Origin: an uncultured virus (IMG/VR IMGVR_UViG_3300025256_000001)
Lineage: Duplodnaviria; Heunggongvirae; Uroviricota; Caudoviricetes
Direction: 5' to 3' (one strand)
DNA length: 64,000 bases
IMG/VR virus record: IMGVR_UViG_3300025256_000001
Part shown: positions 36,151 to 45,889 of the stretch, piece by piece
Layout of the letters: every line of letters begins with the position of its first letter
Numbering within the stretch: position 1 is the stretch's first letter
Notes under the pieces: model-generated
Databases searched by the model: none
The model's input: the letters and a program-made list of their open reading frames with translations, nothing else
Told to the model about the DNA's origin: nothing
Program-made: the position numbers and the translations under genes

Positions 36151-36636
36151 TTATTCGACGCTTTTGTCGTTCAAGTAGTCGAGGAGACGATGGAGGATTT
36201 TTTGACGCTCGTTTGACGTGAACCCCAGCAGCGGTCGCGCGGGATATCTCACTGTCGGTCCACCGGATGTGACGCGATCCATGCCGCCTTCCTGATGCAC
36301 ACGCGCCAGGCGCGCGACGCGTCCGAAGAAGCCGACCTCGGCACCGTCGTTCGTCACATTGATTTTTAGCCATCGCGCCGTGCGCAGTTTGACGAACATG
36401 GCATCTTTCTTCCGACGGTGGGCGCCACGCTTGTTACGCAGTGAGGTCGTGCGTCGTTTGCGTGCCACATACGTCGTGCCGTCCGGCGCGATCTGCGCGG
36501 CGATGCGTTGCTGCTGCGAGCGGCGAAGGTCGAGCGCGATGGTACGCGCGAGCTGTCGGCGCTGTGCGGGTGCAAGCTTGGCCAGCCATGGCGCCGCCCA
36601 CAGCTCGAGCTGGGTCAGGTCGTCGACCACTGCCAC
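36151..36636 (-). CDS. S: Tail completion protein gpS
   Basis: LRRSQQQRIAAQIAPDG..ARVHQEG..YPARPLLGF; GTG start approximate. Confidence 0.88.
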   Translation of the reverse strand: MAVVDDLTQLELWAAPWLAKLAPAQRRQLARTIALDLRRSQQQRIAAQIAPDGTTYVARKRRTTSLRNKRGAHRRKKDAMFVKLRTARWLKINVTNDGAEVGFFGRVARLARVHQEGGMDRVTSGGPTVRYPARPLLGFTSNERQKILHRLLDYLNDKSVE

Positions 36637-37040
36637 GTGCTTGTGGGATCGGCCGGTGGTTCGGCCGGGTGCTCGAACGTACCGCCGTCGCCTGCGTACA
36701 CCGCTTCGGTCAGATCGATTTCGATCGATACGTCGGCCAGCTCCGACGTCATCAATTCGCATTCGAAACGAATGCCGCGCTCCGCTTGCGCCGGGTTCTT
36801 GAGCATGTCCGGCTGCTCGACCGCCACCCACGCAATCACGGCCTTGGCGAGCGCATCCATGTCGCCGGCAAAGTCCTGCACGATCGCGGTGAGCTGGTAG
36901 CTGTACTGCCAGCCCGCGCCGTCGGTAGCTGTTGCCACGAGCTTGCCTTTCTCCACGAAAATCGACAGACGCTGCGGATCGCCGGCCAGCTCCGGCAACG
37001 CGGCCAGCAGCGCGGTACGAAAGCGTCCCGGCTTGTTCAT
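36615..37040 (-). CDS. R: Tail completion protein gpR
   Basis: MNKPGRFRTAL..YSYQL..QPD..DLTEAV. Confidence 0.88.
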   Translation of the reverse strand: MNKPGRFRTALLAALPELAGDPQRLSIFVEKGKLVATATDGAGWQYSYQLTAIVQDFAGDMDALAKAVIAWVAVEQPDMLKNPAQAERGIRFECELMTSELADVSIEIDLTEAVYAGDGGTFEHPAEPPADPTSTWQWSTT

Positions 37041-37540
37041 GGCGGTGTGCGGCTTGCACGGGTCGTCGCCTCCAGCCGATCGAGCACCGCGTTCAATTGC
37101 TCGCGGATTTGAAGGCAGGTGCCGTAGTTGGCGGCGACGACGCCGGCGGCTTCAGAGGCCGTAACGTCGGAGGCCGTCGCATCAGTAGCTCCGGCAGGGC
37201 CGGGCAGGTCACTCGTGGCGGCGGCGTCGTGCACGCGGACAAAGCCGCGAGGCAAAGGAAAAGCGCGATCGGTCGCAGGCGTAACATAGGTCGGGATCTC
37301 CTGGTGCAGCGTGTGCGTGGTGTCGTGAATCACGCGCACGCGGTCCACGTACTTCGTGACGATCTTGACGTCGAGGCGGGCGGTGGAGGCCTCGAACAGC
37401 GCGGCCCAGGTGTCGGCTTGCGCGCGGGCCAACCGTGAGGACAACGCCGCCGTGTGGTGCCGCTGCGAGGCGATCACGGCCAGCGCGGCGAGCAGCAGCA
37501 TGCCAAGCAGACTGGCGAGCGGTTTCAGCAGCGGGTTCAT
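37037..37540 (-). CDS. Putative inner-membrane spanin (Rz/LysB-like)
   Basis: N-terminal TM helix, VTKYVDRVRVI, LPRGFVRVHDAAA; lysis-cassette position. Confidence 0.75.
   Translation of the reverse strand: MNPLLKPLASLLGMLLLAALAVIASQRHHTAALSSRLARAQADTWAALFEASTARLDVKIVTKYVDRVRVIHDTTHTLHQEIPTYVTPATDRAFPLPRGFVRVHDAAATSDLPGPAGATDATASDVTASEAAGVVAANYGTCLQIREQLNAVLDRLEATTRASRTPP
37093..37287 (-). CDS. Putative outer-membrane spanin (Rz1-like) embedded in the i-spanin gene
   Basis: Signal peptide with lipobox LAALSAC and Pro-rich mature part, in an alternative frame. Confidence 0.7.
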   Translation of the reverse strand: MLRLRPIALFLCLAALSACTTPPPRVTCPALPELLMRRPPTLRPLKPPASSPPTTAPAFKSASN

Positions 37541-38277
37541 GCAGCGTCTGCCTCCGCTGGCTGGAGAACGCCTTCCATGCGACAGCGCGCGATCTCGCAA
37601 TGGACGCCGTCGAGCTCCGCGCCAAGGAAGCGGCGTCCTTCCATCAGTGCGGCGACGCCGGTGGTGCCGCTGCCGGCGAACGGGTCCAGGATCACGCCGC
37701 CCGGTGGGCACACGCGCACGATGGCGCGCATCAGGTCCGTGGGCTTGCCGGTGACGTGGTGCTTGTCCTTCTGACGGATCGATTCGACGTGGTAGCCGGG
37801 CAGGTAGCCGACCGCTTCGCGCGGCGGCATGTCGCCCTTGCTGCCCCAGACCGCGTATTCGGCGCCATTGCGGAAACGGCCTGGCCCGCTCGGCCGGCCG
37901 GCGGGTTTGAGCCACGGCACGATGCCGCGCCAGGTCGCGCCGGCGGTCTGCAGTGCATCCGTGGTGCTGGGCAGCTGCCGCCAGTCGGTGAAAAGCACCA
38001 CCGGCGCACCGGGCTTGGCCACGCGCAAGGCCTCGGAAAGCCACAACGTCACCCACAGCGTCCAGCTGCGCTGATCGCGGTTGTCGCCGCTGAAGCTGTG
38101 GTACGGGCGCTGCGTGCCGGTCTGCACGTATTTCTTGACCGGCGACTGTTGGCGTTGCGTCATGTGCAAGCCACCGGAACTGTAGGGTGGATCGGTGATG
38201 ATCGCGTCGACCGACGCATCGGGAAGCGTGCGAAGAAAACTCAGCGCTTCACCCTGGTGCAACTGAAACAAGGACAC
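37537..38277 (-). CDS. N6/N4 DNA methyltransferase (beta class), orphan
   Basis: ITDPPY catalytic motif before ILDPFAGSGTTG; H.TGKP..L. Confidence 0.9.
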   Translation of the reverse strand: MSLFQLHQGEALSFLRTLPDASVDAIITDPPYSSGGLHMTQRQQSPVKKYVQTGTQRPYHSFSGDNRDQRSWTLWVTLWLSEALRVAKPGAPVVLFTDWRQLPSTTDALQTAGATWRGIVPWLKPAGRPSGPGRFRNGAEYAVWGSKGDMPPREAVGYLPGYHVESIRQKDKHHVTGKPTDLMRAIVRVCPPGGVILDPFAGSGTTGVAALMEGRRFLGAELDGVHCEIARCRMEGVLQPAEADAA

Positions 38278-38281
38278 GGTT

Positions 38282-38848
38282 CTACATCTCCACACGGTTG
38301 AGCACCCAGCCCAAGAGGTATTTGCGCTGGGACGGTTGGGCTTCGGTGAGTTCCAGATAGCGCGTCGCCTGCACGCCGTTGAGGCCACGCAGCAGCGCGG
38401 TAATGCCCTGCGGCCCCCGCCAGCGCAGGAAGGCGCGCAGCGCATCGAGCGTGACGGCGCCGAGGCGGCCATCCACATGCAGGTCGCCGTAGCGGCTGCC
38501 GGTGTCGTTGAAGCCATTGAGCCAGCGCTGCAGGAAGGTCGTGGCGACGGCCGTGCCCATGTTGACGCCCGTATCGATCAGCTCCGCGCCGATGTTCGGT
38601 TCGATCGCGACCACGTCGGCGAAGCGCGGCTCGTCCACGTAGCGTTTGCGGTAAATCGCACGCGCGATCGTCTCGGGCAGGTCTTTCATCGCACCCGTGT
38701 AGCCATAGGCGCGCGCGGCCGCGAGGGTGATGCCCCACTTGGTTTCCTTGCCGGGATCCATCGGATCGTTGGTATACGCATCCCAGCCTTCGGCCTTCAT
38801 CACGGCGGTGATGAGCTGCTCGATGCGTTGCTCGGGAAACGGGATCAT
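38282..38848 (-). CDS. Endolysin, glycoside hydrolase 108 with peptidoglycan-binding domain
   Basis: EGWDAYTNDPMDPGKETKWGIT, DTGVNMG..FLQRWLN..VDGRLGAVTL..GWVLNRV. Confidence 0.88.
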   Translation of the reverse strand: MIPFPEQRIEQLITAVMKAEGWDAYTNDPMDPGKETKWGITLAAARAYGYTGAMKDLPETIARAIYRKRYVDEPRFADVVAIEPNIGAELIDTGVNMGTAVATTFLQRWLNGFNDTGSRYGDLHVDGRLGAVTLDALRAFLRWRGPQGITALLRGLNGVQATRYLELTEAQPSQRKYLLGWVLNRVEM

Positions 38849-39171
38849 CGCGTATCCCTCCGCCCAATCCGTGCGAGCCAGGCCCGCGGCGCCCGCACGA
38901 CATGCGCGAGGTTGCCGCGATGGATCAGCACGAGGATGGCGATCACCGCAGTGAGCAGGGCTTCCAGTGGTCCCGGGGGTGGCCGAATACCGACCACGAG
39001 CTTCACCGCCGTGGCGGTGCACGCCACGATGAGGAGCCAGGCCATCCACGCCACCCCGTGGCGATGGCGCGAAGCACCGCGGCGAAAGGTCAGCAAGCGC
39101 CCCACGATGACGGTGCAGGCCACGCACTGCACGAGCGGCCAGAGGCCGACCGGAACAAACGGCAGCGACAT
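38845..39171 (-). CDS. Phage holin family protein
   Basis: Three hydrophobic segments, FRRGASRHR, RGNLA. Confidence 0.75.
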   Translation of the reverse strand: MSLPFVPVGLWPLVQCVACTVIVGRLLTFRRGASRHRHGVAWMAWLLIVACTATAVKLVVGIRPPPGPLEALLTAVIAILVLIHRGNLAHVVRAPRAWLARIGRRDTR

Positions 39172-39173
39172 GA

Positions 39174-39527
39174 TCAGTCTCCTTTGCGAAACAAGGTGGC
39201 GAGGTCGAACGCCTTGGCGCGCTCGATCAGTTGCACGGTGAGCGTCACCACGAGCGCGCCGGCCAGGAACGCGGCGATGGCCGTGCTCGTGAGCGGCAGG
39301 TGTGCGATCACCTCCGGTGCGGCGAGATAACCGACCACCGTGCTGATGACGAGATAGATCACGCGGCGAACGAGGGGCAGGTCGCGTGAGCTGGTGACGA
39401 AGAGCGCGGCGCCCGCCACCGCACCGACCAGCGCGTTGCCATCGACGCCGGGCAGAAGCGCGGTGGTGGCGGTGGCGGTGCCCAGCACGGTGGACGTGGT
39501 CAGCGTGGCAATCGTGGGTTCGGACAT
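39174..39527 (-). CDS. Putative holin
   Basis: LVGAVAGAALFV, multiple TM helices; follows X. Confidence 0.75.
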   Translation of the reverse strand: MSEPTIATLTTSTVLGTATATTALLPGVDGNALVGAVAGAALFVTSSRDLPLVRRVIYLVISTVVGYLAAPEVIAHLPLTSTAIAAFLAGALVVTLTVQLIERAKAFDLATLFRKGD

Positions 39528-39529
39528 CG

Positions 39530-39745
39530 TCAATCCCATAGCTGGATCGTGGACAGCACCCGCGTGCCCACGTCCTGGGCGTCGGGCAGCACCACCGGCG
39601 TGCCCATCGGCAGCACCGGACCGAGTGCGGCGAGGCCGCGGTTCATGTCGTAGACCGTCTCGACCACACCGGCGGTGGTGCCGAACACGCGCCAACAGAT
39701 CGCGTCGACCGTGTCGCTCTGCTGCGCGTAGACGGTTTGCGTCAT
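39530..39745 (-). CDS. X: Tail protein X
   Basis: AQQSDTVDAICWRVFG..NRGLA..LPMGTPVVLP..IQLWD. Confidence 0.92.
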   Translation of the reverse strand: MTQTVYAQQSDTVDAICWRVFGTTAGVVETVYDMNRGLAALGPVLPMGTPVVLPDAQDVGTRVLSTIQLWD

Positions 39746-40221
39746 CAGAGCAGCTCCACCACGTTGCGCGGCCGGCCGAGAATGTCGGCCACCGCCCAGC
39801 GCGCATTGCGCCGGAAATCGTCGGCGGAGTCGGCTTCACCTTGGGCGCGATAGTCGCCGGCACGGGTGTTGTCCCAGTCGCGGTACTTCTCGGCGATATC
39901 GGCCTGCACCGTGCTGGCCACGGCACGCAGGTAGCGATGCACCAGGGCGCTCGCGCCGGCGAGCGTGTCGCCCACATCCGCAGCGCTGTCCCAACCTTCG
40001 CCGATGCGCGCGGCCTTGTAGGTCGCGAGCTGCGTATTGACGTCGAGGATCGCCTCGATCGTGCTCGCACGCAGCCGCTCGGCGGTGACGTTGCCGGTCA
40101 GGCGGGTGGACGCGCGCAGCATGGCGAGATCCACATCGGGCCAGAAGCCATCGTTGGCGATGACGCCGTCACTGGTCGAGGGTGGTGAAACGGTACCGCC
40201 GTTGGCGATCACACTGCCCAT
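39745..40221 (-). CDS. L: Head completion protein gpL
   Basis: IANDGFWPDVD..ARWAVADILG..VELL. Confidence 0.9.
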   Translation of the reverse strand: MGSVIANGGTVSPPSTSDGVIANDGFWPDVDLAMLRASTRLTGNVTAERLRASTIEAILDVNTQLATYKAARIGEGWDSAADVGDTLAGASALVHRYLRAVASTVQADIAEKYRDWDNTRAGDYRAQGEADSADDFRRNARWAVADILGRPRNVVELL

Positions 40222-40233
40222 GGGTGTCCTTTC

Positions 40234-40301
40234 AAAAAAAATCCGGCGGTGGACGGGTGGGTCACGGAGCGCTAAGCGCAGTTCACCACCCGTGCCGCCG
40301 G
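40234..40301 (-). terminator. Structured M-L intergenic element ending in T8 on the minus strand
   Basis: CCGGCGG/CCGCCGG and ACGGGTGG/CCACCCGT stems followed by a U-tract on the coding strand. Confidence 0.5.
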
Positions 40302-40317
40302 GGCGCCGGGGGGAGGC

Positions 40318-41028
40318 TCAGGGGCCGCGCGAACGCGGCGAGGGGTGGCCGGCCGACGGGCCGGAGTCCAGTTGACGCAGTCGGCGCTCCACCTGCTCGA
40401 TGTCTTTTTTTGCACCGACCTTGTCGTGCAACTCCACCGCACGGCGCAGGTGGACCAATGCGCGTTGCGGGACGTGCTCGGCCTGGTGTCGCCCGATGGC
40501 AAAGTGCAACTTGGCGCGTACCTGGTCGGGCATGTCGCGCGCCGCGGTGAGCGCCAGGATGGTTTCCAGCACGTCGACGTCAAACGGCTTGCCGGCATCG
40601 TAGGCCTTCAACGCTTGCACCGCCGGCTCTTCCGCAATGAGCGTGGCCGGCGTGCGCTCGAAGCGATCGGGGAGCGAGAGGTTGTGGTCGAGCACGTAGC
40701 GCGCGACATCAAGTGCCCCGGCGTAATCGCCGATGTCGATGCGCCAGGTCAGCACATAGCCGAGCACGTCGTCCTGCACGCCCTGACCGCTGGCGAGCAC
40801 GCCGGCGACGTAGTCGGCGTAGTCATCGAGGATCTCGCGCTTGATCGCAATCTTGCGTTCGACCGACTGCACCTGGTGCAACCGGCGACGGTCGGCATCG
40901 AGCTTGGCACGCATCAGGCGATGCGCGCGGGAGGTGGCGTCGTCCACCACCGCACCGGGCGCCGCCTGCGCGGTCGCCCGGGCCGCTTCCACACGCATCA
41001 GGTGCGCTTGGGCGGGAGAGAGCGTCAT
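40318..41028 (-). CDS. M: Terminase small (endonuclease) subunit gpM
   Basis: LSPAQAH..WRIDIGDY..DMPDQVRAKL..VGAKKDIE. Confidence 0.92.
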   Translation of the reverse strand: MTLSPAQAHLMRVEAARATAQAAPGAVVDDATSRAHRLMRAKLDADRRRLHQVQSVERKIAIKREILDDYADYVAGVLASGQGVQDDVLGYVLTWRIDIGDYAGALDVARYVLDHNLSLPDRFERTPATLIAEEPAVQALKAYDAGKPFDVDVLETILALTAARDMPDQVRAKLHFAIGRHQAEHVPQRALVHLRRAVELHDKVGAKKDIEQVERRLRQLDSGPSAGHPSPRSRGP

Positions 41029-41030
41029 GG

Positions 41031-42068
41031 CTACAGCGCACCGCCAGGCGTGGTCGACCAGTTGCCGAGTACGATGTTCTCGATCAGTACCGCGCCCTGC
41101 AGGCGTTCGACCACATACGCGTCGTTGCTCGACTGGTAATCGGCCACACGGTCGTAGTCGGGCTCATCACGCAGCAGGCGGCGGCGTGCACCGGCCTGGT
41201 AGTAGATCGAGAGATTGTCCGGGCGGGTGATCAGGAGCTTGTCGCCGGGAAAATAGGGAAGACCCAAGCCCTGCAGGCCGCCCATGGTCTTCTGGCTCAC
41301 CAGGATTTGCGTGGCCAGCTCATCGGTCGCGCGCTGCGTCTGGTTGATCTTCGGGAAGTACTTGTCGTGCATCAGCTTGCGGCCCACGTGGACGCGAAGG
41401 CCCGTGTCTTCCTGGAACCACGGCGCCAACAGGAGGAGCGCGTCGTAGACCAGGGCGTCGAGGTTTTCGTAGTCGCCACCGGGGCCGACACGCACCTGCT
41501 TGCTGCCCGCCTTGGCCTCGCTCATCACCTGCGCCGGAGCTTGCTCGCGCAGGATTTGCAGCCAGCCCTTGTTGACGTCTTGCAGCAGCGGGTTCTTGCC
41601 GATGTCGGTGTCGTCGGCCACGCTGGTGCCATTCCAGCCGATCATCAAGCGATCCAGCGCCTGCTGCTTGACCAGCATGGTGGAGAGGCGCGTCTGAAAA
41701 TCCGGGAACTTTGCCCACGCATCGAGCGTGGCGTAGGGGAAGGAGGTGTCGAAGTTGGTCTGGTAACAGGTGTAGGGCTGTGCATCCATGTCGCCCAGAT
41801 AGCGCGGCGTGCGCTTCTTGTTGTCGGAGGTCTTGGTGCGGCTCGCGACCGGACCGGAGACGCCCAGATGCAGCTTCTCGCCACTCTTTTCGGTGACGGG
41901 GTGCACGTTGACCATCGCCAGGTAGTCGCTCGACTCCTGGATGCGGTTTTCCATCGTCTGCTGCACGGACGGCTGGACGTCGAATTTCTCCGACGCGCTG
42001 GCCACGCCATTGAGCTTGGCCACCTGGGTGGCGAGGGCATGGAACTTGACGCGGGTGTCGTTCTTCAT
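41031..42068 (-). CDS. N: Major capsid protein gpN
   Basis: FDVQPSVQQ..LDAWAKF..ALDRLMIGWNG..PLLQDVNKGWL..YQSSNDAYVVE. Confidence 0.95.
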   Translation of the reverse strand: MKNDTRVKFHALATQVAKLNGVASASEKFDVQPSVQQTMENRIQESSDYLAMVNVHPVTEKSGEKLHLGVSGPVASRTKTSDNKKRTPRYLGDMDAQPYTCYQTNFDTSFPYATLDAWAKFPDFQTRLSTMLVKQQALDRLMIGWNGTSVADDTDIGKNPLLQDVNKGWLQILREQAPAQVMSEAKAGSKQVRVGPGGDYENLDALVYDALLLLAPWFQEDTGLRVHVGRKLMHDKYFPKINQTQRATDELATQILVSQKTMGGLQGLGLPYFPGDKLLITRPDNLSIYYQAGARRRLLRDEPDYDRVADYQSSNDAYVVERLQGAVLIENIVLGNWSTTPGGAL

Positions 42069-42110
42069 GGGTGTCCTTGTGGGAAGCGGGGAAGGCGAGA
42101 CGCGTGGGGC

Positions 42111-42926
42111 TTAGAAGTCGGTGAGCGCGTCGTCGGTGCCGGTGGCGAGCGGGCGCGTGGCCGTCGAGGCGGGCGTGGTGTTGAACGCCTGCTCCAGTGC
42201 CGCGAGGCGCGTCGTTATGTCCGCGAGCTGCTGACTACGCGCCTTGATCTCGGTATCCACCTGCTCGAACTGACGTGCGGTCTGCGCGCTCTGTGCTTCG
42301 CCGTGTTCGGCGACTTCTTCCAGCGCGGCTTCGATGTCCGAGAAACGCGCCTCGTCACTCACGCTCTTGCGTGCGAACAGCTCGCGGATCTTCGCGAGCA
42401 CGCCCGACTTGGCTTCGGGTTCGTCCACAAACTCGATCACCGTTTCGACGGCGGCGGAGAAATGGTTGTCCGGATGCAGCTTGCGTGCGGCGAACGGATT
42501 GGCGTCCGGGTTGGAGGCGGCGAACTGCAGCATCTCGGTACCGAGGCTGGCCGGGTTGTCGGTAACGGCCAGGCCCACCAGGTATGCCTTGCCGGTATCG
42601 GCGAACTTCGGGTTCACTTCGATGGAACTGAAGACTTTCTGCCCGCGCTTGGTCATCGCGACCAGGTCATCGGTGGGGGTGATTTCGGCGAACAGTTCCA
42701 GCTTGCCCTCGGCGTTCTGCGACTGAGAGAGCGCATCCACAAAGCCGTAGTTGCGGAACGGGCCATCGGGCAGCACGCCACGGATGTGTTCGAGGTTGAT
42801 CGTGGCGCGGTACTTGGCCGGGTCGTAGTGCTCGGCCATCTGCGCGATCCATTCGCGCTGAATGGTGCGGCCGTCGACCGTGGCGCCTTCGGTCGCAATG
42901 CGGAACTTCTTGGATTTCTTGGCCAT
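42111..42926 (-). CDS. O: Capsid scaffolding protein gpO
   Basis: FRIATEGATVDGR..INLEH..YLVGLAVTDNPASLGTE. Confidence 0.95.
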   Translation of the reverse strand: MAKKSKKFRIATEGATVDGRTIQREWIAQMAEHYDPAKYRATINLEHIRGVLPDGPFRNYGFVDALSQSQNAEGKLELFAEITPTDDLVAMTKRGQKVFSSIEVNPKFADTGKAYLVGLAVTDNPASLGTEMLQFAASNPDANPFAARKLHPDNHFSAAVETVIEFVDEPEAKSGVLAKIRELFARKSVSDEARFSDIEAALEEVAEHGEAQSAQTARQFEQVDTEIKARSQQLADITTRLAALEQAFNTTPASTATRPLATGTDDALTDF

Positions 42927-43004
42927 GCAACGAGCCTCGGTGACGTGGGGGCGGGAATAGGTCGCCAGCATCGATAGCGCCGCACGCAGCGGCAACGCGG
43001 CGCG

Positions 43005-43029
43005 GTTCTGTACCTCACGCATAAGAACA
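43005..43029. promoter_or_regulatory. Putative Ogr-binding element of the divergent O/P late promoters
   Basis: GTTCT-N14-AGAACA, same as 34081-34105. Confidence 0.65.
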
Positions 43030-43073
43030 ACGCGCGGCCCAGTGCACGCACGGGCGTCCCTACGCTGTCGGCC

Positions 43074-44843
43074 ATGCTCATGCCTGCCGTCGCCACCGAT
43101 CCGCGCACCGTTGCCCGCAGCCTGTATTTCCAAGGCTGGAGCGTGACGGCGATCGCCGAGTACATCAGCCAGGCGCGCTCGACGGTGGAATCCTGGAAGC
43201 AGCGCGACGGCTGGGCCGGTGCGAAACCGATCGATCGCGTGGATGCGGTGCTGGAAGCACGCCTCTGCCAGTTGATTGCGAAGGATCACAAGGACGCGCA
43301 CGACTTCAAGGAGATCGATCTTTTGATGCGCCAGGTCGCGCAGATCGCGCGCGTGCATCGCTACGAAGCGCCGGGCGGTCATGAAGGCCACCTCAACCCA
43401 AAGGTGGCCCACCGCAACGCCGGTCCGAAAAAGAAGCCGCTCAAGAACGACTACAGCCCCGAGCAGGCGACGCGGCTACATGAAGCCTTCATGGATTCGT
43501 TGTTCGCGTATCAGCGCCAGTGGCACGAAGCCGGGCTTGCGCAGCGCATCCGCAACATCCTGAAATCGCGCCAGATCGGTGCGACCTGGTATTTCGCGCG
43601 CGAGGCGCTGGACGATGCGATCGTCACAGATCGCAATCAGATTTTCCTGTCGGCCAGCCGCGCGCAGGCCGATGTATTCCGGCAGTACCTCACGCAGTTT
43701 GCGAAGGAGGCGGCCGAGATCGAGCTCAAGGGCGATCCGATCATCCTGCCCAACGATGCGTCGCTGTATTTCCTCGGCACGAACGCGCGCACCGCGCAGA
43801 GCTACCACGGCAATCTCTACTTCGACGAATACTTCTGGGTGTACGGCTTCCAGACGCTGCGCAAAGTTGCTTCGGGCATGGCCATCCACAAGAAGTGGCG
43901 GCAGACGTATTTCTCCACGCCCTCCGCGTTGAGCCATGACGCGTACCCCTTCTGGTCGGGGGCGCTGTTCAACAAGGGTAGGGCGAAAGCCGATCGCATC
44001 GAACTCGACATCAGTCATGCGGGTTTGGTGAATGGTCTGGCGTGTGCGGACGGGCAGTGGCGGCAGATCGTCACCGTGCTGGATGCGATGGCCGGCGGCT
44101 GCAACTTGTTCGACATCGACCAATTACGCCTGGAATACAGTGCCGAGGAATTCCAGCAGCTCCTGATGTGCGAATTCATTGACGACTCGGCGTCGGTGTT
44201 TCCGTTTGCCCTGGTGCGGCGCTGCATGGTCGATAGCTGGGAGGTGTGGGACGACGTGCGTCCCTTTGCGCCGCGCCCGCTCGGCGATACGCCAGTGTCG
44301 ATTGGCTTCGATCCCTCCAAGGGGACCAGCGGTGGCGATCCCTCGGGGTGCACGGTGAACGCGCTGCCCACGGCGCAGCGCGACCTGTTTCGGGTGGTGG
44401 AGAAGCACCAGTGGCCAGGCCAAGACTTCGATGCGCAGGCCGGCAACATTAAACGCCTGTGCGATCTCTACCACGTCGCCGACATCGCCATCGACACCAC
44501 TGGGATGGGCACCGGCGTGTATCAGTTGGTGAAGCAATTTTTCCCGATGGCGCGCGCGATCCAGTACTCACCCGAATCCAAGGCGCTGATGGTGATGAAG
44601 GCGCAGGACGTGATGGGCAAGGGACGCCTGGAATGGGACGCCGGCTGGACCGACCTCGCCGCCGCGTTCATGGCCATCCGCAAAACCCTCACGCCCAGCG
44701 GGCGGCACGTCACCTATGACGCCAGCCGCTCGGCCGACGTTGGCCACGCGGATCTTGCCTGGTCGGTGATGCATTCCCTGATTTATGAACCGCTGGAAGG
44801 GCGTGCGGCCCACAGCCAGAGCTTTATGGAGATCTACGGATGA
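43074..44843 (+). CDS. P: Terminase ATPase subunit gpP
   Basis: RNILKSRQIGATWYFAREA, YFDEYFW, HADLAW. Confidence 0.95.
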   Translation: MLMPAVATDPRTVARSLYFQGWSVTAIAEYISQARSTVESWKQRDGWAGAKPIDRVDAVLEARLCQLIAKDHKDAHDFKEIDLLMRQVAQIARVHRYEAPGGHEGHLNPKVAHRNAGPKKKPLKNDYSPEQATRLHEAFMDSLFAYQRQWHEAGLAQRIRNILKSRQIGATWYFAREALDDAIVTDRNQIFLSASRAQADVFRQYLTQFAKEAAEIELKGDPIILPNDASLYFLGTNARTAQSYHGNLYFDEYFWVYGFQTLRKVASGMAIHKKWRQTYFSTPSALSHDAYPFWSGALFNKGRAKADRIELDISHAGLVNGLACADGQWRQIVTVLDAMAGGCNLFDIDQLRLEYSAEEFQQLLMCEFIDDSASVFPFALVRRCMVDSWEVWDDVRPFAPRPLGDTPVSIGFDPSKGTSGGDPSGCTVNALPTAQRDLFRVVEKHQWPGQDFDAQAGNIKRLCDLYHVADIAIDTTGMGTGVYQLVKQFFPMARAIQYSPESKALMVMKAQDVMGKGRLEWDAGWTDLAAAFMAIRKTLTPSGRHVTYDASRSADVGHADLAWSVMHSLIYEPLEGRAAHSQSFMEIYG

Positions 44844-45856
44844 GCAAGCGCAAACAAAGACGGCAACAGGGCAGCCAAGCAACGTCACCGACAGCAAAGG
44901 CGCACGCCTTCACCTTTGGCGAACCGGAGCCGATCGACCGTGCCTCACTGCTCGACTACGTGCAGGTGTGGAACAACGGTCGATGGTACGAGCCACCCAT
45001 CAGCCCGCTGGGCCTGGCCAACATGATGCGCGTGGCGCCGCATCACTCGTCGGCGATCTTCATCAAGCGCAACCTGCTGGTGTCGTCGTTCGTGCCGACG
45101 AAATACCTGTCGGTGGCCGACTTCGAGGCCTTCGCCACGGACTATCTGGTGTTTGCGCATGCGTACCTGGAACGGATCACGGCGATGTCCGGGCGGCTCT
45201 TGCAACTGAAGCGCTCGCCGGCCTTGTTTACACGCGTCGGGGTGAAGGATGAGCGGTGCTGGTTTGTACCGTACAGCGGCGAGGCGTTCCAGTTTGAGAA
45301 TCCGGTGTGTCAGCTTCTCGCGCCGGATGTGAGCCAGGAAATCTACGGTGTGCCGGAATACCTGAGCGCGTTGCATTCGGCGCAGCTCAACAAGTCAGCG
45401 ACGTTGTTTCGTCGCAAGTACTACGACAACGGATCACATGCCGGCTTCATTTTGTACATGACGGATACGGCACAGCAGTCGGCCGATATCGATGCGTTGC
45501 GCGAAGCGCTGAAAGCCTCGAAGGGGCCGGGGAATTTTCGGAACCTGTTTATGTATGCGCCGAACGGCAAGAAGGACGGGTTGCAGCTCATCCCGATCAG
45601 CGAAGTGGCGGCGAAGGATGATTTTGCGTCGATCAAGAACACCAGTCGGGACGATATCCTCGCAGCGCATCGCGTGCCACCGCAGCTGCTTGGCATGATC
45701 CCAGTGAATGCTGGTGGGTTTGGTGATGTGGGGAAAGCCAAGCAAGTATTTATGGAAAATGAGGTTGAACCAATTAAGCTGAAAATGATGGGGCTTAATG
45801 CTTCGCTTGGTATCGATGCGTTTAAATTTAGAGCTATGCCTCGCATGCATAGCTGA
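44840..45856 (+). CDS. Q: Portal protein gpQ
   Basis: WYEPP..QEIYGVPEY..ATLFRRKYYDNGSHAG..AHRVPPQL. Confidence 0.95.
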   Translation: MSKRKQRRQQGSQATSPTAKAHAFTFGEPEPIDRASLLDYVQVWNNGRWYEPPISPLGLANMMRVAPHHSSAIFIKRNLLVSSFVPTKYLSVADFEAFATDYLVFAHAYLERITAMSGRLLQLKRSPALFTRVGVKDERCWFVPYSGEAFQFENPVCQLLAPDVSQEIYGVPEYLSALHSAQLNKSATLFRRKYYDNGSHAGFILYMTDTAQQSADIDALREALKASKGPGNFRNLFMYAPNGKKDGLQLIPISEVAAKDDFASIKNTSRDDILAAHRVPPQLLGMIPVNAGGFGDVGKAKQVFMENEVEPIKLKMMGLNASLGIDAFKFRAMPRMHS

Positions 45857-45889
45857 TTTTTCTATGGCTTTGTAAATGTGAGCTTGGGT

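Noticed and set aside
37537..38277. Restriction-modification system
   Set aside because: No adjacent endonuclease; flanked by lysis genes
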